DNA of 64,000 nt, taken from positions 55,936,464 to 56,000,463 of the forward strand of contig NC_043011.1 of NCBI RefSeq assembly GCF_006345805.1, read 5' to 3'. The notes beneath the pieces were generated by a model. That model saw only the letters and a list, made by a program, of their open reading frames with translations. It made no database searches and was not told the DNA's origin. Source of the DNA: Octopus sinensis. Its lineage: Eukaryota. Below are positions 1-13,125 of the stretch, in pieces. Both the position numbers and the translations under genes were made by a program. Positions within the stretch are counted from its first letter, which is position 1; each line of letters opens with the position of its first letter.

Positions 1-354
1 GGAAAACAAAATAGCAAAATAAAAATTTGGGAAAATACAAAACCTAAAAACCACAATTATTCTCAGGTTAACCTACATGAATCAAATAAACAAAATAGAT
101 AAGGATGTGGAGGAGGAGGATTCAAGCATTGAACAAACACAATTACCTCCCAAATTTGCAGCGGAGACACAGATCTTTGGAGAATATTCTCATTTAAACA
201 AACACACACACACACAATGAAGGTGGCAAGAAGACTATATTTTGGAAAAATATATAAACATTATCAAACTTGTTACGTCTGATTATGTTTTTGCCAAAAT
301 GTACATCAAAATGTCTTATTTTACTTTCAAGAAAAAAAAATTGGTGTATACACA

Positions 355-383
355 TAAACACACACATGTATGTATATATATGC

Positions 384-430
<47 letters not shown>

Positions 431-763
431 GTATGTATATATATGCATATATATATATATATGCATGTATATATATGCATATATATATATATATGCATGT
501 ATATATATGCATATATATATATGTATGTATATATATGCATGTATATATATGTATGTATATATATGCATGTATATATATGCATGTATATATATGCATATAT
601 ATATGTATGTATATATATGCATATATATATATGTATGTATATATATGCATATATATATATGTATGTATATATATGCATGTATATATATGTATGTATATAT
701 ATGCATATATATATGTATGGATATATATACATATACAAATATATATACACACACATTAATATG

Positions 764-805
<42 letters not shown>
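355..805. repeat. Compound (AT)n/(ATGT/ATGC) microsatellite
   Basis: Seen directly in the sequence. Confidence 0.95.
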
Positions 806-808
<3 letters not shown>

Positions 809-924
809 GGGTATCTAAAAGATACCACCATGCTAGATATAGCAGTCAAAGCTTGACTCTAAAACCACATGAATATTTGATGTGGTTTTAAAAACCTCAT
901 AGGTAATATATATATATATATATA

Positions 925-1115
925 TGTGACCTCGTGAAGACGACCTGCAATTTTTTTTCCTCTGTCCTCCCGTCTCGGGATCTTTCTCTTATGTTTCCGA
1001 CGAAGAGCTCCGCTCGAAACGTCATACCCTCCTCCTTCCATTTTCCTGAGCGCCTAATAATAATAATACTGTAATTGTTCCACGTGTTGTTGGTTTTTCT
1101 GTTTTCCCGTTTGGA
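925..1115 (+). mobile_element. Short Penelope-like terminal remnant between (TA)n tracts
   Basis: Contains CCGACGAAGAGCTCCGCTCGAAACGTC, a motif of the kind found at Penelope-like element ends. A degenerate relative lies at 13368-13520. Confidence 0.5.
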
Positions 1116-1119
1116 TTAA

Positions 1120-1156
<37 letters not shown>

Positions 1157-1292
1157 CCTATGAGGTTTTTATTCCCATGCTAGCCACTTGATATGATCGG
1201 TATTTTAAATAACGATCTTATCCTTATATATATATACATATATATTATATATACACATATATATTATATATACACATACATATGTGTATGTC

Positions 1293-1728
1293 TGGCACCT
1301 GTGCCGGTGGCATGTAAAAAGCACCCACTACACTCATGGATTGGTTGGCGTTAGGAAGGGCATCCAGCCATAGAAACATTGCCAGATCAGACTGGGCCTG
1401 GTGCAGCCTCCTGGCTTCCCAGACCCCAGTTGAACCATCCAACCCATGCCAGCATGGAAAGCGAACGCTAAACGATGATGATGATGATATATACACATAT
1501 ATAAATATATATCATCATCATCATTTAGCGTCCGTTTTCCATGCTAGCATGAGTTGGACGGTTTAACTGAGGTCTGTGAAGCCGGAAGGCTTCATCAGGT
1601 CCAGTCAGATTTGGCAGTGTTTCTACGGCTGGATGCCCTTCCTAACGCCAACCACTCCGTGAGTGTAGTGGGTGCTTTTTACGTGCCACCTGCACAGGTG
1701 CCAGACAGAGCTGGCAAAGAGCTGGCAA
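1293..1728. mobile_element. Two family B SINEs in tail-to-tail inverted orientation
   Basis: A + copy at 1293-1487 ends in (GAT)n and a - copy at 1511-1728 begins with (CAT)n. Both share the GGCGTTAGGAAGGGCATCCAGC core. Confidence 0.85.
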
Positions 1729-2316
1729 ATATATACACACATATATACGTATATATATATATACATACATATGTACGTGTATATAAATATATATATATAC
1801 ACACATATATATGTATACATACACACACATATAGATAGATATGTGTGTGTATTAGAGAGAGATTGAAGGAGAGAGAGGAGCGAGAGAGAAGTGGTTAGAA
1901 TTAATATTTGAAGAATGACGACAATAAAAGCCGGCAGCTCGATCCTCATAAATATTTTCACACTGCATTAAACAAATAAACTAGAAACGAGCCAACCATT
2001 CTCGTCCGACTTGGTAGAAATAACAACCATATCTTTCTCCCCAAAACACCTCAATGTCTTGAATAAAGATTCATTGGACAATATTAGACGTTATATAGAA
2101 AAAGATGACAGCATCACGGCCGGAATACCTTTGATCATGGATGGGTTCGATCAAAGCTGACCTGGGGTTAAATAAATCTCAGGCAAGAAAATTGGCAAAA
2201 TCATGAGTTTATTTGATTTTACTCAAGACAGAAAAAAATAAATTCAAAGAAGGAAGTGACAGCATTGAATAAAAAGTTTTAGAATATTTCAGTCAAAATG
2301 ATTTAGAAAGATTCAA

Positions 2317-2320
<4 letters not shown>

Positions 2321-2388
<68 letters not shown>

Positions 2389-2634
2389 TGCGTGTGAGTG
2401 TGTTGTGTGTGAGTGTGTGTGCGTGTGTGTGTGAGTGTGTGCTTGTGTTGTGTGTGTGTATGTGTGTGTGAGTGTGTGTGTGAGTGTGTGTGTGTATGTG
2501 AGTGTGTGTGTGAGTGTGTTGTGTGTGTGTGTGTGTGGTGAGTGTGTGTGTGTGTGAGTGAGTGTGTGAGAGTGTGTGTGTGTATGTGAGTGTGAGTGTG
2601 TGTATGTGTGAGTGTGTGTGTGTTGTGTGTGTGT
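2321..2634. repeat. (GT)n microsatellite with GAGT interruptions
   Basis: Seen directly in the sequence. Confidence 0.95.
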
Positions 2635-4081
2635 TTAGTAGGTGTTATTGGCGTTGAGGTTCTAATCTTAATTTGAATGTTTTAAAAGTGGTGATTATTG
2701 TGAATACCCAAAAAAAGTTGACGAACCAAAGACAATGAGAGTTCCAACATCACCATCTCTCTCTCTCTGATGGCAAAGGAGTGGGGCCACAGCTTGCTAC
2801 GTAAAGGAGGGCGAATTTCCTTTAGAATTGAACAAAAACAAAATTTTATTGATTTTTGACCGATACAAAATTCAAATGTTGAGGCTGATTAACTGGAACC
2901 CCCAATATTTTCCCACATACATGACTGGTATTCGAACAGACATTAAAATAGGAAGTGAATTCACAGCTGTCGGTTGTTGTTGGTTAAATGTCAAACAAAT
3001 GCGCAGCATTAGAAGATCCATGTGCTTTTTGTATGAGGGTCACTTCTTAAATTAACCAAACAGCGTCGAAACGATAATAATAGACAGAAATGACAACTAT
3101 GGTGATTCCTTTATTAACCAATATAAATGTTTACGAGAAAAGGAAACCATTTATCATTGTTATTTCCACGGCCTTGAGTCTAAATTATAATCCTTTATTC
3201 TACGCTTATTTCAAGAGGCATCCCTTATCAAAAAAGCACCACTTTAGACACAAGGCCACACAAATAATAACAACAATAAAGATAATTCTTCTAATTTCAG
3301 GCCCAAAAGGCGGCACATTTTCGGAGAAGGCAACAAGCGATTGCCATCGATCCTCATTGATACCAAATAATGGTGGCTGTAAAGACAGAACTATTATTAT
3401 TTATATTTATATTATTATACTTAACTCATATATATATTGAGTTATTATAGGAATTATTGTTGTTATTGTTGTGTTGGTATGAGAGGAGAATAATTTGCAA
3501 GCAATAATGATGATGAAGAAGAGTTTATTGAAATAACTCAACATCAACAAATGGCAGCAGCAGGAGGAACGGTCGTTGTTGTTGACTCTGCTACCAACGT
3601 CTGTAGAAGAATAGAATTTAGAAATGGTTATAGACTTAGGATAGACTCGATTGGATCCAATTCTATCAGTTTTATGTCGCAGCTACACAAATAACACCCT
3701 TTTTTTTTTGTTTAAATAAAGAAACGAAATAAATATGACTTAGAGAAAATGAAAGATTATTTTGTCTTCTTTAAAAAATAGTTGATATATTTTTTTCACA
3801 CATTGCTTCGAAATACGAAATGCGGATATTTTTTAAAAAAATATAATAATATTTCTTTCCCAATATAAATAGTCGATGTTTTTCATTTCTATAATCGAAT
3901 AGATTTGTGAATTCAATGAAATATTTATAGGAAATCTGTGTCTGAGGAAATATTATAACAACATTCTCACAGAAAACGGTATTTGATGATGATGAAGGTA
4001 CCACAGACAAAGACCATGATGAAATATATACATAAATACATACACTCGGCGAAGTAAGGAGTTTGTATGTGTGTGTAGGAT

Positions 4082-4084
<3 letters not shown>

Positions 4085-4130
<46 letters not shown>

Positions 4131-4350
4131 TTAAATTTTTTATATATTTATACTGTGAAATTTGATTTAATACTAAATTGAATTTTTCCCTGTAAGTTTG
4201 GAGTTATACTCCCTAATATTATTATATATATATATTATATATATATATAATATATATATATATAGGAATTATATGTGTGTGTGTATATAAAATATATATA
4301 TATATCTATATATATATATATATAGGAATTATATGTGTGTGTGTGTATAT

Positions 4351-4388
<38 letters not shown>

Positions 4389-4466
4389 AATTATATGTGT
4401 GTGTGTGTATATATATATATATTATATATATATATATATATAGGAATTATATGTGTGTGTGTATAT

Positions 4467-4538
<72 letters not shown>

Positions 4539-4690
4539 GGAATTATATGTGTGTGTATATATATATATATAGGAATTATATGTGTGTGTATATATATATA
4601 TATATTGAGGAATTATATGTGTGTGTATATATATATTGAGGAATTATATGTGTGTGTATATAAAATATATATATATATACACACACACTT
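4085..4690. repeat. (AT)n/(GT)n compound repeat with recurring AGGAATTATATGTGTG anchor
   Basis: The anchor recurs about eight times between 4263 and 4640. Confidence 0.9.
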
Positions 4691-5329
4691 GAATGTCTGG
4701 GCATGAAGTAACAAACTCTAAGCAAGGCTGGCAGTGGAAATGGTAAACATACATTTCCGACTAAATTCCATCGTCGAAGACAAAACAAAAAGCAAGCTAA
4801 AAATAAAAAAAACCCAACGAATATCCATTGCTTCCTTCTTTAAAATAAATAACAAATTCCCTCAATGTTCCGCCAGTGTTCACAAACAAACCAAAATCTT
4901 TTCTTTGCAACAAACACCACCAACAACAAGAACAAGGTCACAACTTGTTGACCGAATATTAACAAATCATTAAATAAATATTATTAGAATATCGACATTA
5001 CTTGTTGTGTTTGCTGCTGCCTCTGTCTCTTTCGGGGTGAAAGGGTCTTCTAAAGCAAGGAATTTTAAAGACAGTTTGATGTCAAGACGTTTCTTCAGAC
5101 CAATTCCGACATAAGAACCCGTTTACTGATAAACGCCACCGCGTTCACACACACACACACACAAGGAACAAAAAAATGTTCCATAATATTACTATTATTA
5201 TTATACATACATACATTAGTATACTTATATATTATACACGGATATACCATATATACATTCTACATATATTTTAAACTGATAAGAATAGATATTAGACCCT
5301 GATCTTAGCCTATATCATATACATACATC

Positions 5330-5900
5330 CTATAATTATTATATACATATTGTACACACATATCATATACATATTATATACATATACACACATATATACA
5401 TATCTACAAATATATACATATACATATTATATACATATACACACATGTATACATATATACACATATCATATACATATTATATACATATACACACATGTAT
5501 ACATATATACACATATACACACATGTATACATATATACACATATCATATACATATTATATACATATACACACATGTATACATATATACACATATACATAT
5601 TATATACATATACACACATGTATACATATATACACATATACATATTATATACATATACACACATGTATACATATATACACATATACATACACATTATATA
5701 CATATACACACATATATACATATACACATACACATTATATACATATACACATATACATACACATTATATACACATACACATTATATACATATACACATAC
5801 ACATAAAAGCATACAATATATATATATATATATCATGTATGTATATAAGAGATATACAATATATATATAGTGTATATCTCTTATATACATACATGATAAA
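5330..5900. repeat. AT/AC compound minisatellite
   Basis: Recurrent unit similar to ACATATTATATACATATACACACATGTATACATATATAC. Confidence 0.9.
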
Positions 5901-7151
5901 TAGATATCAGGAAATATGGTCAAATATTTTCATTTTATAATTTAGCCTGGAATTATTATCGCAGTAACAAAATAAAACATTTTGTATTGTAATAATTGTT
6001 TTGTAAATATTTATTCACCTGTGTTTAATCTAATCTAATCTATATTCAGGAATAGATTTCAATTCTTATCTTTTGTTATTTATTATCAAAAAGCTATAAA
6101 TACTCACAACCAAACAAATACACAAGTCATCAGCAACAATTCCTCAACATTGATAATTATGGCTTTCCTTTTGTTTTATGATTGCTTTTTTGGTTCCTGC
6201 CAAACTCCGAAGGTAAAAGAAACCATTGTTATTGATGGAAGAATCATTTCTTTCAGTGGCAGCAACAACTGCCAGGTAAAAACCATTCTCATCCGTTTGA
6301 ACTCTGCCGACTGAAAGCCACGTTTATATTTTTGAATTATTGCCCTAAAAAAAAAGGGGGAGGAATTGTTGCATATTTTTCATAAGAGAGACGTAAATAT
6401 AATAGAATATGATTATGGAGAAGAAGGTGAGAGAGGAAAAGCAGCATCAGATGAGAATTTAGGAAGGTACCATGACAACAACATCAGGAATCAATTGGAA
6501 TAGACAAAGAAGAAGAAGAAATAAACTATGGTCATGTTTAATGTAGTAATAGTGTTTGTTGATGCTGGGTAGTCTAGAATATCTTTAATTATATATTTAT
6601 ATGAAAACCTATCAAGTGTGAAGGGGACTCGAGGCGGATGGGAGAAGAAAAGAAGATGAAGCATTAAATGATGAGAAAGAAGTTTCGTATTACATATGTT
6701 GTTGTTTGGGGAGGAAGCAACAGGGTCGATGGATTAATTAATTAACTAATTAATAATAATAGCGTCACAGAGTGTATATATCAGTAAGGGTGGAAGATGA
6801 AAAGGAAACGATCCTCAATCCACTTTGAGTCGATGGGGAGTCAGTCACCCGATGCGCTAGAAATAGCAGCCAATTCTCCATCACATCTAAAAACGAAAGG
6901 TATTTTTTTTAAAAATAAACGGGAAAAAGACATACTGAACAATGTGATCATGCATACAGTATGCCAAAAAAAAACGAGATGGTCATGGCTGGAACACTTT
7001 TGATCTTAGGAGATATTGTGTGCTCTATCGGTGTTGATTTGGAGCCAGTGGCGTAGTGTAAGGTGACCAACACTCAAGACACGACCACAGCCTCGAAAGT
7101 TCAATTACAATTTAGATTCCTTCTTCAAAATATCATATACATCATCTTTCT

Positions 7152-7217
<66 letters not shown>

Positions 7218-7220
<3 letters not shown>

Positions 7221-7424
7221 GGCGAAATGCTTAGTGGTATTTCGTCTGTCGTTACGTTCTGAGTTCAAATTCCGCCGAGGTCGACTTTGCCTTTCATCCT
7301 TTCGGGGGTCGATAAATTAAGTACCAGTTACGCACTGGGGGTCGATGTAATCGACTTAATACCTTTGTCTGCTGTCCTTGTTTGTCCCCCTCTATGTTTA
7401 GCCCCTTGTGGGTAATAAAGAAAT
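7218..7424 (+). mobile_element. SINE family D (5' truncated)
   Basis: High similarity to 49940-50142. Confidence 0.85.
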
Positions 7425-7617
7425 ATATATATATGTGTGTATATATGACACATATATATGCGTGTGTGTGTGTGTATTGTATGAGAAACAAAAGGGTTAG
7501 CGCTGCCACCATCGGAGGGTAAAAGACATCCGATGGAAAAGAAGGTAGCGGTGGTTCCATTTGGGAGGAAAGAACTACAGGAACCGCACAAGAACACCGA
7601 CGGACAAAGACAAATAC

Positions 7618-7660
7618 ATACATATGTGTGTATATATATGTGTGTGTATATATATATATA

Positions 7661-7752
<92 letters not shown>

Positions 7753-7869
7753 GTGTGTGTGTATATATATATATATATGTGTGTGTGTTATATATATATA
7801 TTATGTGTGTGTGTATATATATATATATATGTGTGTGTTGTATATATATATATATATGTGTGTGTGTTG

Positions 7870-7900
<31 letters not shown>

Positions 7901-8185
7901 ATATATATATATATATATGTGTGTGTTGTATATATATATATATATGTGTGTGTGTGTATATATATATATATATTATATATGTGTGTGTGGTATATATATA
8001 TATATATGTGTGGTGTGTGTGTATATATATATATATGTGGTGTGTGTGTATATATATATATATATATATGTGTGTGTATATATATATATATTATATGTGT
8101 GTGTATATATATATATATATATATGTGTGGTGTGTGTATATATATATATATTATATATATATATATATTATGTATATATATATCG
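7618..8185. repeat. Alternating (AT)n/(GT)n repeat
   Basis: Seen directly in the sequence. Confidence 0.95.
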
Positions 8186-8497
8186 GAGTAAGCACATAGA
8201 TGTGAAACAAGGTGGAAGAAATAATAATAGGGTCAGGGTGTATATATATGTCAGTAAGGATGGAAGATAAAAGGAAACGATCCTCAATCCACTTTGAGTC
8301 GATAGGGAGTCACCCGATGCGCTAGAAATAGCAGCTAATTCTCTTAATTCTCCATCACATCTAAAAACCAAAGGTTTTTTTTTTTTTTAAATAATAAACG
8401 GGAAAAAAGACATACTGGACAATGTAATCATGCATATAGTATGCCAAATAAAATAATAAAAAAAAAACGAGATGGTCATGGCTGGAACACTTTTGAT

Positions 8498-8539
<42 letters not shown>

Positions 8540-8931
8540 GGTCCCGGGTTGAGTCGGGGTTAACCACAGTAAATAAGGTACTCAATACATAGCAGCTAGG
8601 GACCTACATATCCTAGCACACCCTAGTGCCCTTATAACCATCACCAAGAAAAAAGCTCCTTCTATAAAATAAATAAATATATATATATATTATATATATA
8701 TATATTATTATATTATATTATATTATATTATATATGTATATATATGGTGAGTGTGTGTGCCATGAAATGCGGCAATCGAAGGTAAGTTTTGGAAACGAGA
8801 ATCCAGAATAAACATAAATATAGCAGCAACACGTTTCTTTGCCACTTACCTTCTTCTCCTGTCGCAGTGAAGCTGGGGAAAAAGCTCACCTCCTCACCTC
8901 CACATAGGTGTAAAGCTGTTGTGTGTGTGCC

Positions 8932-9004
<73 letters not shown>

Positions 9005-12000
9005 GGATATGTATGTATAGGTGGGTGTATGTATGAGTGTGTGTTGTGTGTCTGTGTTTATTGCACGAATGTATGTTACAATAAATGAAAGCAGACAAGA
9101 TGATACACAACAGACATCGGTGAGAAGCTGACTCTCTCTCTCTCTCTCGTCAGACACAGTCGTCGTCGCCACCACCACTATAAGTAGTACTCCTACCACT
9201 ACCACGACTACTTCAACTGTTGCCGCACCACCCTTTATCACTATTACTGCTGCTGCTACTGCTACTGCTGCTACTGTATTGTTTTCCACCTCCTCCTCCT
9301 CCTCCAAGCAGCACTCTTCTTCAATCAACAGCTGCTCCTGCTGCCCTCACATGGGTCTCAGCTGACCGCCAAGCACTTGCGACTGTCAAGCGGATGCTCT
9401 GCCGACTGTCGTTGATGATGGGTGTTGTTGCTGATAGTGAATGATTTCTAGAACATCACATCACACGACACGACACAATACAAGGCTATGGAATTGGTGA
9501 TGAAGGGGAAAAAGTTAGAGATCAATAAATCGATTCTGAACTTAGTGCTGAAATGCGATTTTATGTGATGAAATGCCGAAAGGATTTCTAAGGGAACGAC
9601 AAAAATCGACCCCGGTTGGGATTTGAACTCACTGTATAAAGGGTCACAATTAAATACTGCAAGGCGGTTTTGTTTTCAAACGCGCAACTGAATTTATTAA
9701 TTGATTCTACTCAATGTCAACCATAAGGGCCATCTGTTTTCCCATTGCACTTACTTAAACCTTAACGAAACCCATACATTCCCCGATCTTCTGACAGATA
9801 CAGGTTGTTTGCATAATAAAAGTTTATGGTCAAAAATGTATTTCTTGACCATTTGGTCGCGAACCATACCATAATTACCGTCTGGTGCTACCCGTACCCT
9901 AGCTGACTTTTTTCAAAGCTTTCTAAAAAGTGCACGTTTTTAAAACCAAATCTTGAAAATAGGTTCTTTGGGAACGTAAATTATGATTATGTTGATAAAA
10001 GAAAACGAAAGGAATTTTTTTAGACGGATTTCGGATCAGTTACCCACCGATTTTATAACCTAGTAACTTTTTTAAATGCATGTCTTTAAATGTCGTTTTG
10101 CTGAAATATATTTTCGAAAGTGTAAATTACGTTTAATGTTGATCAGGTATTTATCTGAGGCTCAAGTTGCGGAAATTGGTAATAAAATTAGGTTAAAGGT
10201 GAAACGAAACTCCTTTTTTAAAAATGCCTTTTTCCGCCCAAAGTTTATCAATATATTCGTAATTTACACCCTCGAAAAGGTGTCACTGCAGAATTTCATT
10301 TAAAAATATGTATTTCTAGAAAGAGGAAAGAAAGTCGAGGCATCAAACTGTAGATATGCCTTTATAATTGTTTTTCATTTTTATAATTAAAATTTAAATA
10401 TAACAAAACGTGGTATTAATTTCTAAATAACAGTCTGAAGGATTTTATGCAATCGTTATTTCGTCACGAAAGCCCGTATTTTTATATCAAGAATAATTTT
10501 TTTCATTCATTCATTCGGATGCATAAGTGATACCTTATGCTTTTTTTTAGGTTCTGAAAGGTAAAAATCGATGATTCTCGAACAATTGTTGATTTAGTTA
10601 ATAAAATACATTTGAAAATCTTTCCCCTTATTCGTCCCTTTTAGTTTTCAGGGTAAAAATGAAATGTTTATGTCCTGTATTTAGGCAGGGCTGTTTTACG
10701 GGAGACATCATATCACTCTCGCCCCTGCTTCCTGCTCACAAGGTTGTGGCGTTATGTCAGGCGTGCGGAAATAAGTATAAATTATTCTTGCAGTATTTCT
10801 ATCTTCTTCCTATTTGAGCCATGGCGACGAACTAACCTGTCATCGGCTAATTAGCTCATTAGAACTTTAAAAAAAAGAAAAAGAAGCAGACATTTACTGG
10901 GTTTGTGAAATCCAGTTCGGGTGTCGGTAACCATAAAGATACACATTCGATGTTATATGTTTGAATTTTAAGAAAACATTCTCTACGGTGTAATATTTTC
11001 AGTTGGGTTATGCTGTGATCTGATGAATAAAGAACGACTACATTACAATAAAGTTATAAATGCATTCCTTATTGCGATATTTCTTAATTGTTTAAATTGG
11101 GCAAATCATACGTTGATATATAAGTAATAATATCGGTCTTTCTCAACAGAAAGAACATCCATCCGTGCATACGTATTCTAAATACTTGATGCTTCTTTCC
11201 AAAAGGTAAATGTTAGAGATATTTAAAGTGTGCGTAGATATGGTCCAGGAACACGTACTTGTGTGTAAGTGTGTGTGTGTGTGCAATGTCATTCCCTGTG
11301 TAACTGGTTTTGCGTCAGAGTGACATGTCCTAGAGACGTGTTTTAGCAAAAGCTGAGAGGTGCCTCCTCCCAGGGGTCTTCGAGGACGCCAGATACCAAA
11401 CCCGATATTTCTTAGTGCCTGTGCTTATTGCTAGCTGGTCGTTAGCATTAGATACCGCTCCTCGGTTTGTCTCTGGATCATGTCGATTGGACGGAGAAGG
11501 TTTACGAGGTGTTGGCCAAGCCTTATCGGAAGGCGATATTTTGCACAGGCATTGCTTTGAGTGATCAATCATACTCGTCTACGAGTTGACAGCCATCATC
11601 TATTTATGTGCTGTGGATGTGTGTAGTGTAAAATTGGTATTTATTTATTTAAATATACATGATATAGTCTTCATGCACAATATTCCCAAAACTGATTTTT
11701 CGAAAAGTCAAGAAGAATTGTTAATTTTACACTTGATTAAGGGTCATATTTCTTGTAGGTGTTTATCTATAATTTTCCATTCCATAAAGATAACGCATTT
11801 CAGATGATCACACCTGCACTTTCTCTGTTTTTTTTGCTTTTTTACAAATTTTAATTATTTTTAGAGAAAGCCTTTTAGCTTTTTTTGTACAGCTGGTTGA
11901 TTTTCCCATTGCTAATCATTCAATCAAGAAGATGAGACAGCTTCTATTTTTAGCCCAGGTGATGTGCCCCTGGGCATATCACTCTCTACACATATACTAC

Positions 12001-12144
12001 TGTAATAATATATTTTTCGTTATATACACTTGAATTAATAACCTTGTGATTCAGTTCTATAACCAGAGACAAGCAACTTATGGATCATCTAGGAATGAGA
12101 CAACTCTGTCTCATATCTCATTTCTGACTATCAGCCTGCCTCCA

Positions 12145-12185
<41 letters not shown>

Positions 12186-12289
12186 TCTCCCTCTCTCAGT
12201 ATGTATATATATATGTGTGTGTGTATGTGTATATATATATATATACATATCATACTACCTCAATTACTTTATCTACCCTGACTGGCATC

Positions 12290-13125
12290 CGTACTAGCAA
12301 GGTGCAAACAGCACCATACGAGTGTGATCTTTGACAGAGCAGCTAACCAGCTTCTGTGCCAGTGGCACATACAAGGCACCATTCGAGTGTGATCATTACC
12401 AGCATCGCCATACTGGCACTTGTGCTGGTGGCATTTGTAAAAAGATTCAAGCGAGGTCGTTGCCAGTACCATCTGACTGGCCCCCGTGCTGGTGGCACGT
12501 AAAAAGAACCCACTACACTCTCAGAGTGGTTGGCATTAGGAAGGGCATCCAGCTGTAGAAGCTCTGCCTGATCAAGATTGGAGCCTGGTGCAGCCATCTG
12601 GTTCACCAGCCGTCAGTCAAAATCGTCCAACCCTTGCTAGCATGGAAAGTGGATGTTAAACGATGATGATGATTATATTATATTATATTGCCTAGTCTGG
12701 CTTCTGTGCCAGTGACACGTGACCTGCTGTGCTTGAGGAGACCTATTGAGTCAAGTACTTCAACATCAAAATAAATATCAAATGGAAATTGTAGTTATGA
12801 TACCTGTGCTGATGGCACATAAAAGAACCATCCGAACGTGGCTGATGCCAGCACCGCCTTGACTGGCTTCTGTGCCAGTGGCACATAAAAAGCACCAACC
12901 AATTGTGGCCGCTGTCAGCTTCCCCTGGCACCTGTGCTGGTGGCACGTAAAAAGCACCCACTACACTCATGGAGTGGTTGGCGTTAGGAAGGGCATCCAG
13001 CTGTAGAAACACTGCCAGATCAGACTGGAGCCTGGTGCAGCCTCCTGGCTTCCCAGACCCTGGTTGAACCGTCCAACCCATGCTAGCACAGAAAACGGAT
13101 GTTAAACAATGATGATGATGATGAT
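12290..13125 (+). mobile_element. Two family B SINEs ((GAT)n-tailed)
   Basis: Copies at ~12290-12672 and ~12770-13125 share the core and tail. A further copy lies at 14036-14268. Confidence 0.85.

Noticed and set aside
65-220. Short acidic open frame (MNQINKIDKDVEEEDSSIEQ...) at the window start
   Set aside because: It is ~50 codons ending in a CA repeat, with no homology recognised and upstream context outside the window.
194-818. Multiple 120-186 aa ORFs rich in Y/I/M/C/H
   Set aside because: These are translations of AT/GT microsatellites, which lack stops in several frames. The same applies to ORFs at 4.4-5.9, 7.5-8.3 and 25.9-27.0 kb.
4263-4660. Repeat-spacer-like pattern with AGGAATTATATGTG anchor
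   Set aside because: The intervening sequence is only variable (GT)n/(AT)n, so this is a compound microsatellite.
8894-9444. Low-complexity ORFs near 9.1-9.4 kb as a protein-coding exon
   Set aside because: All frames are interrupted or run into microsatellite. It looks like triplet-rich UTR or intergenic sequence.
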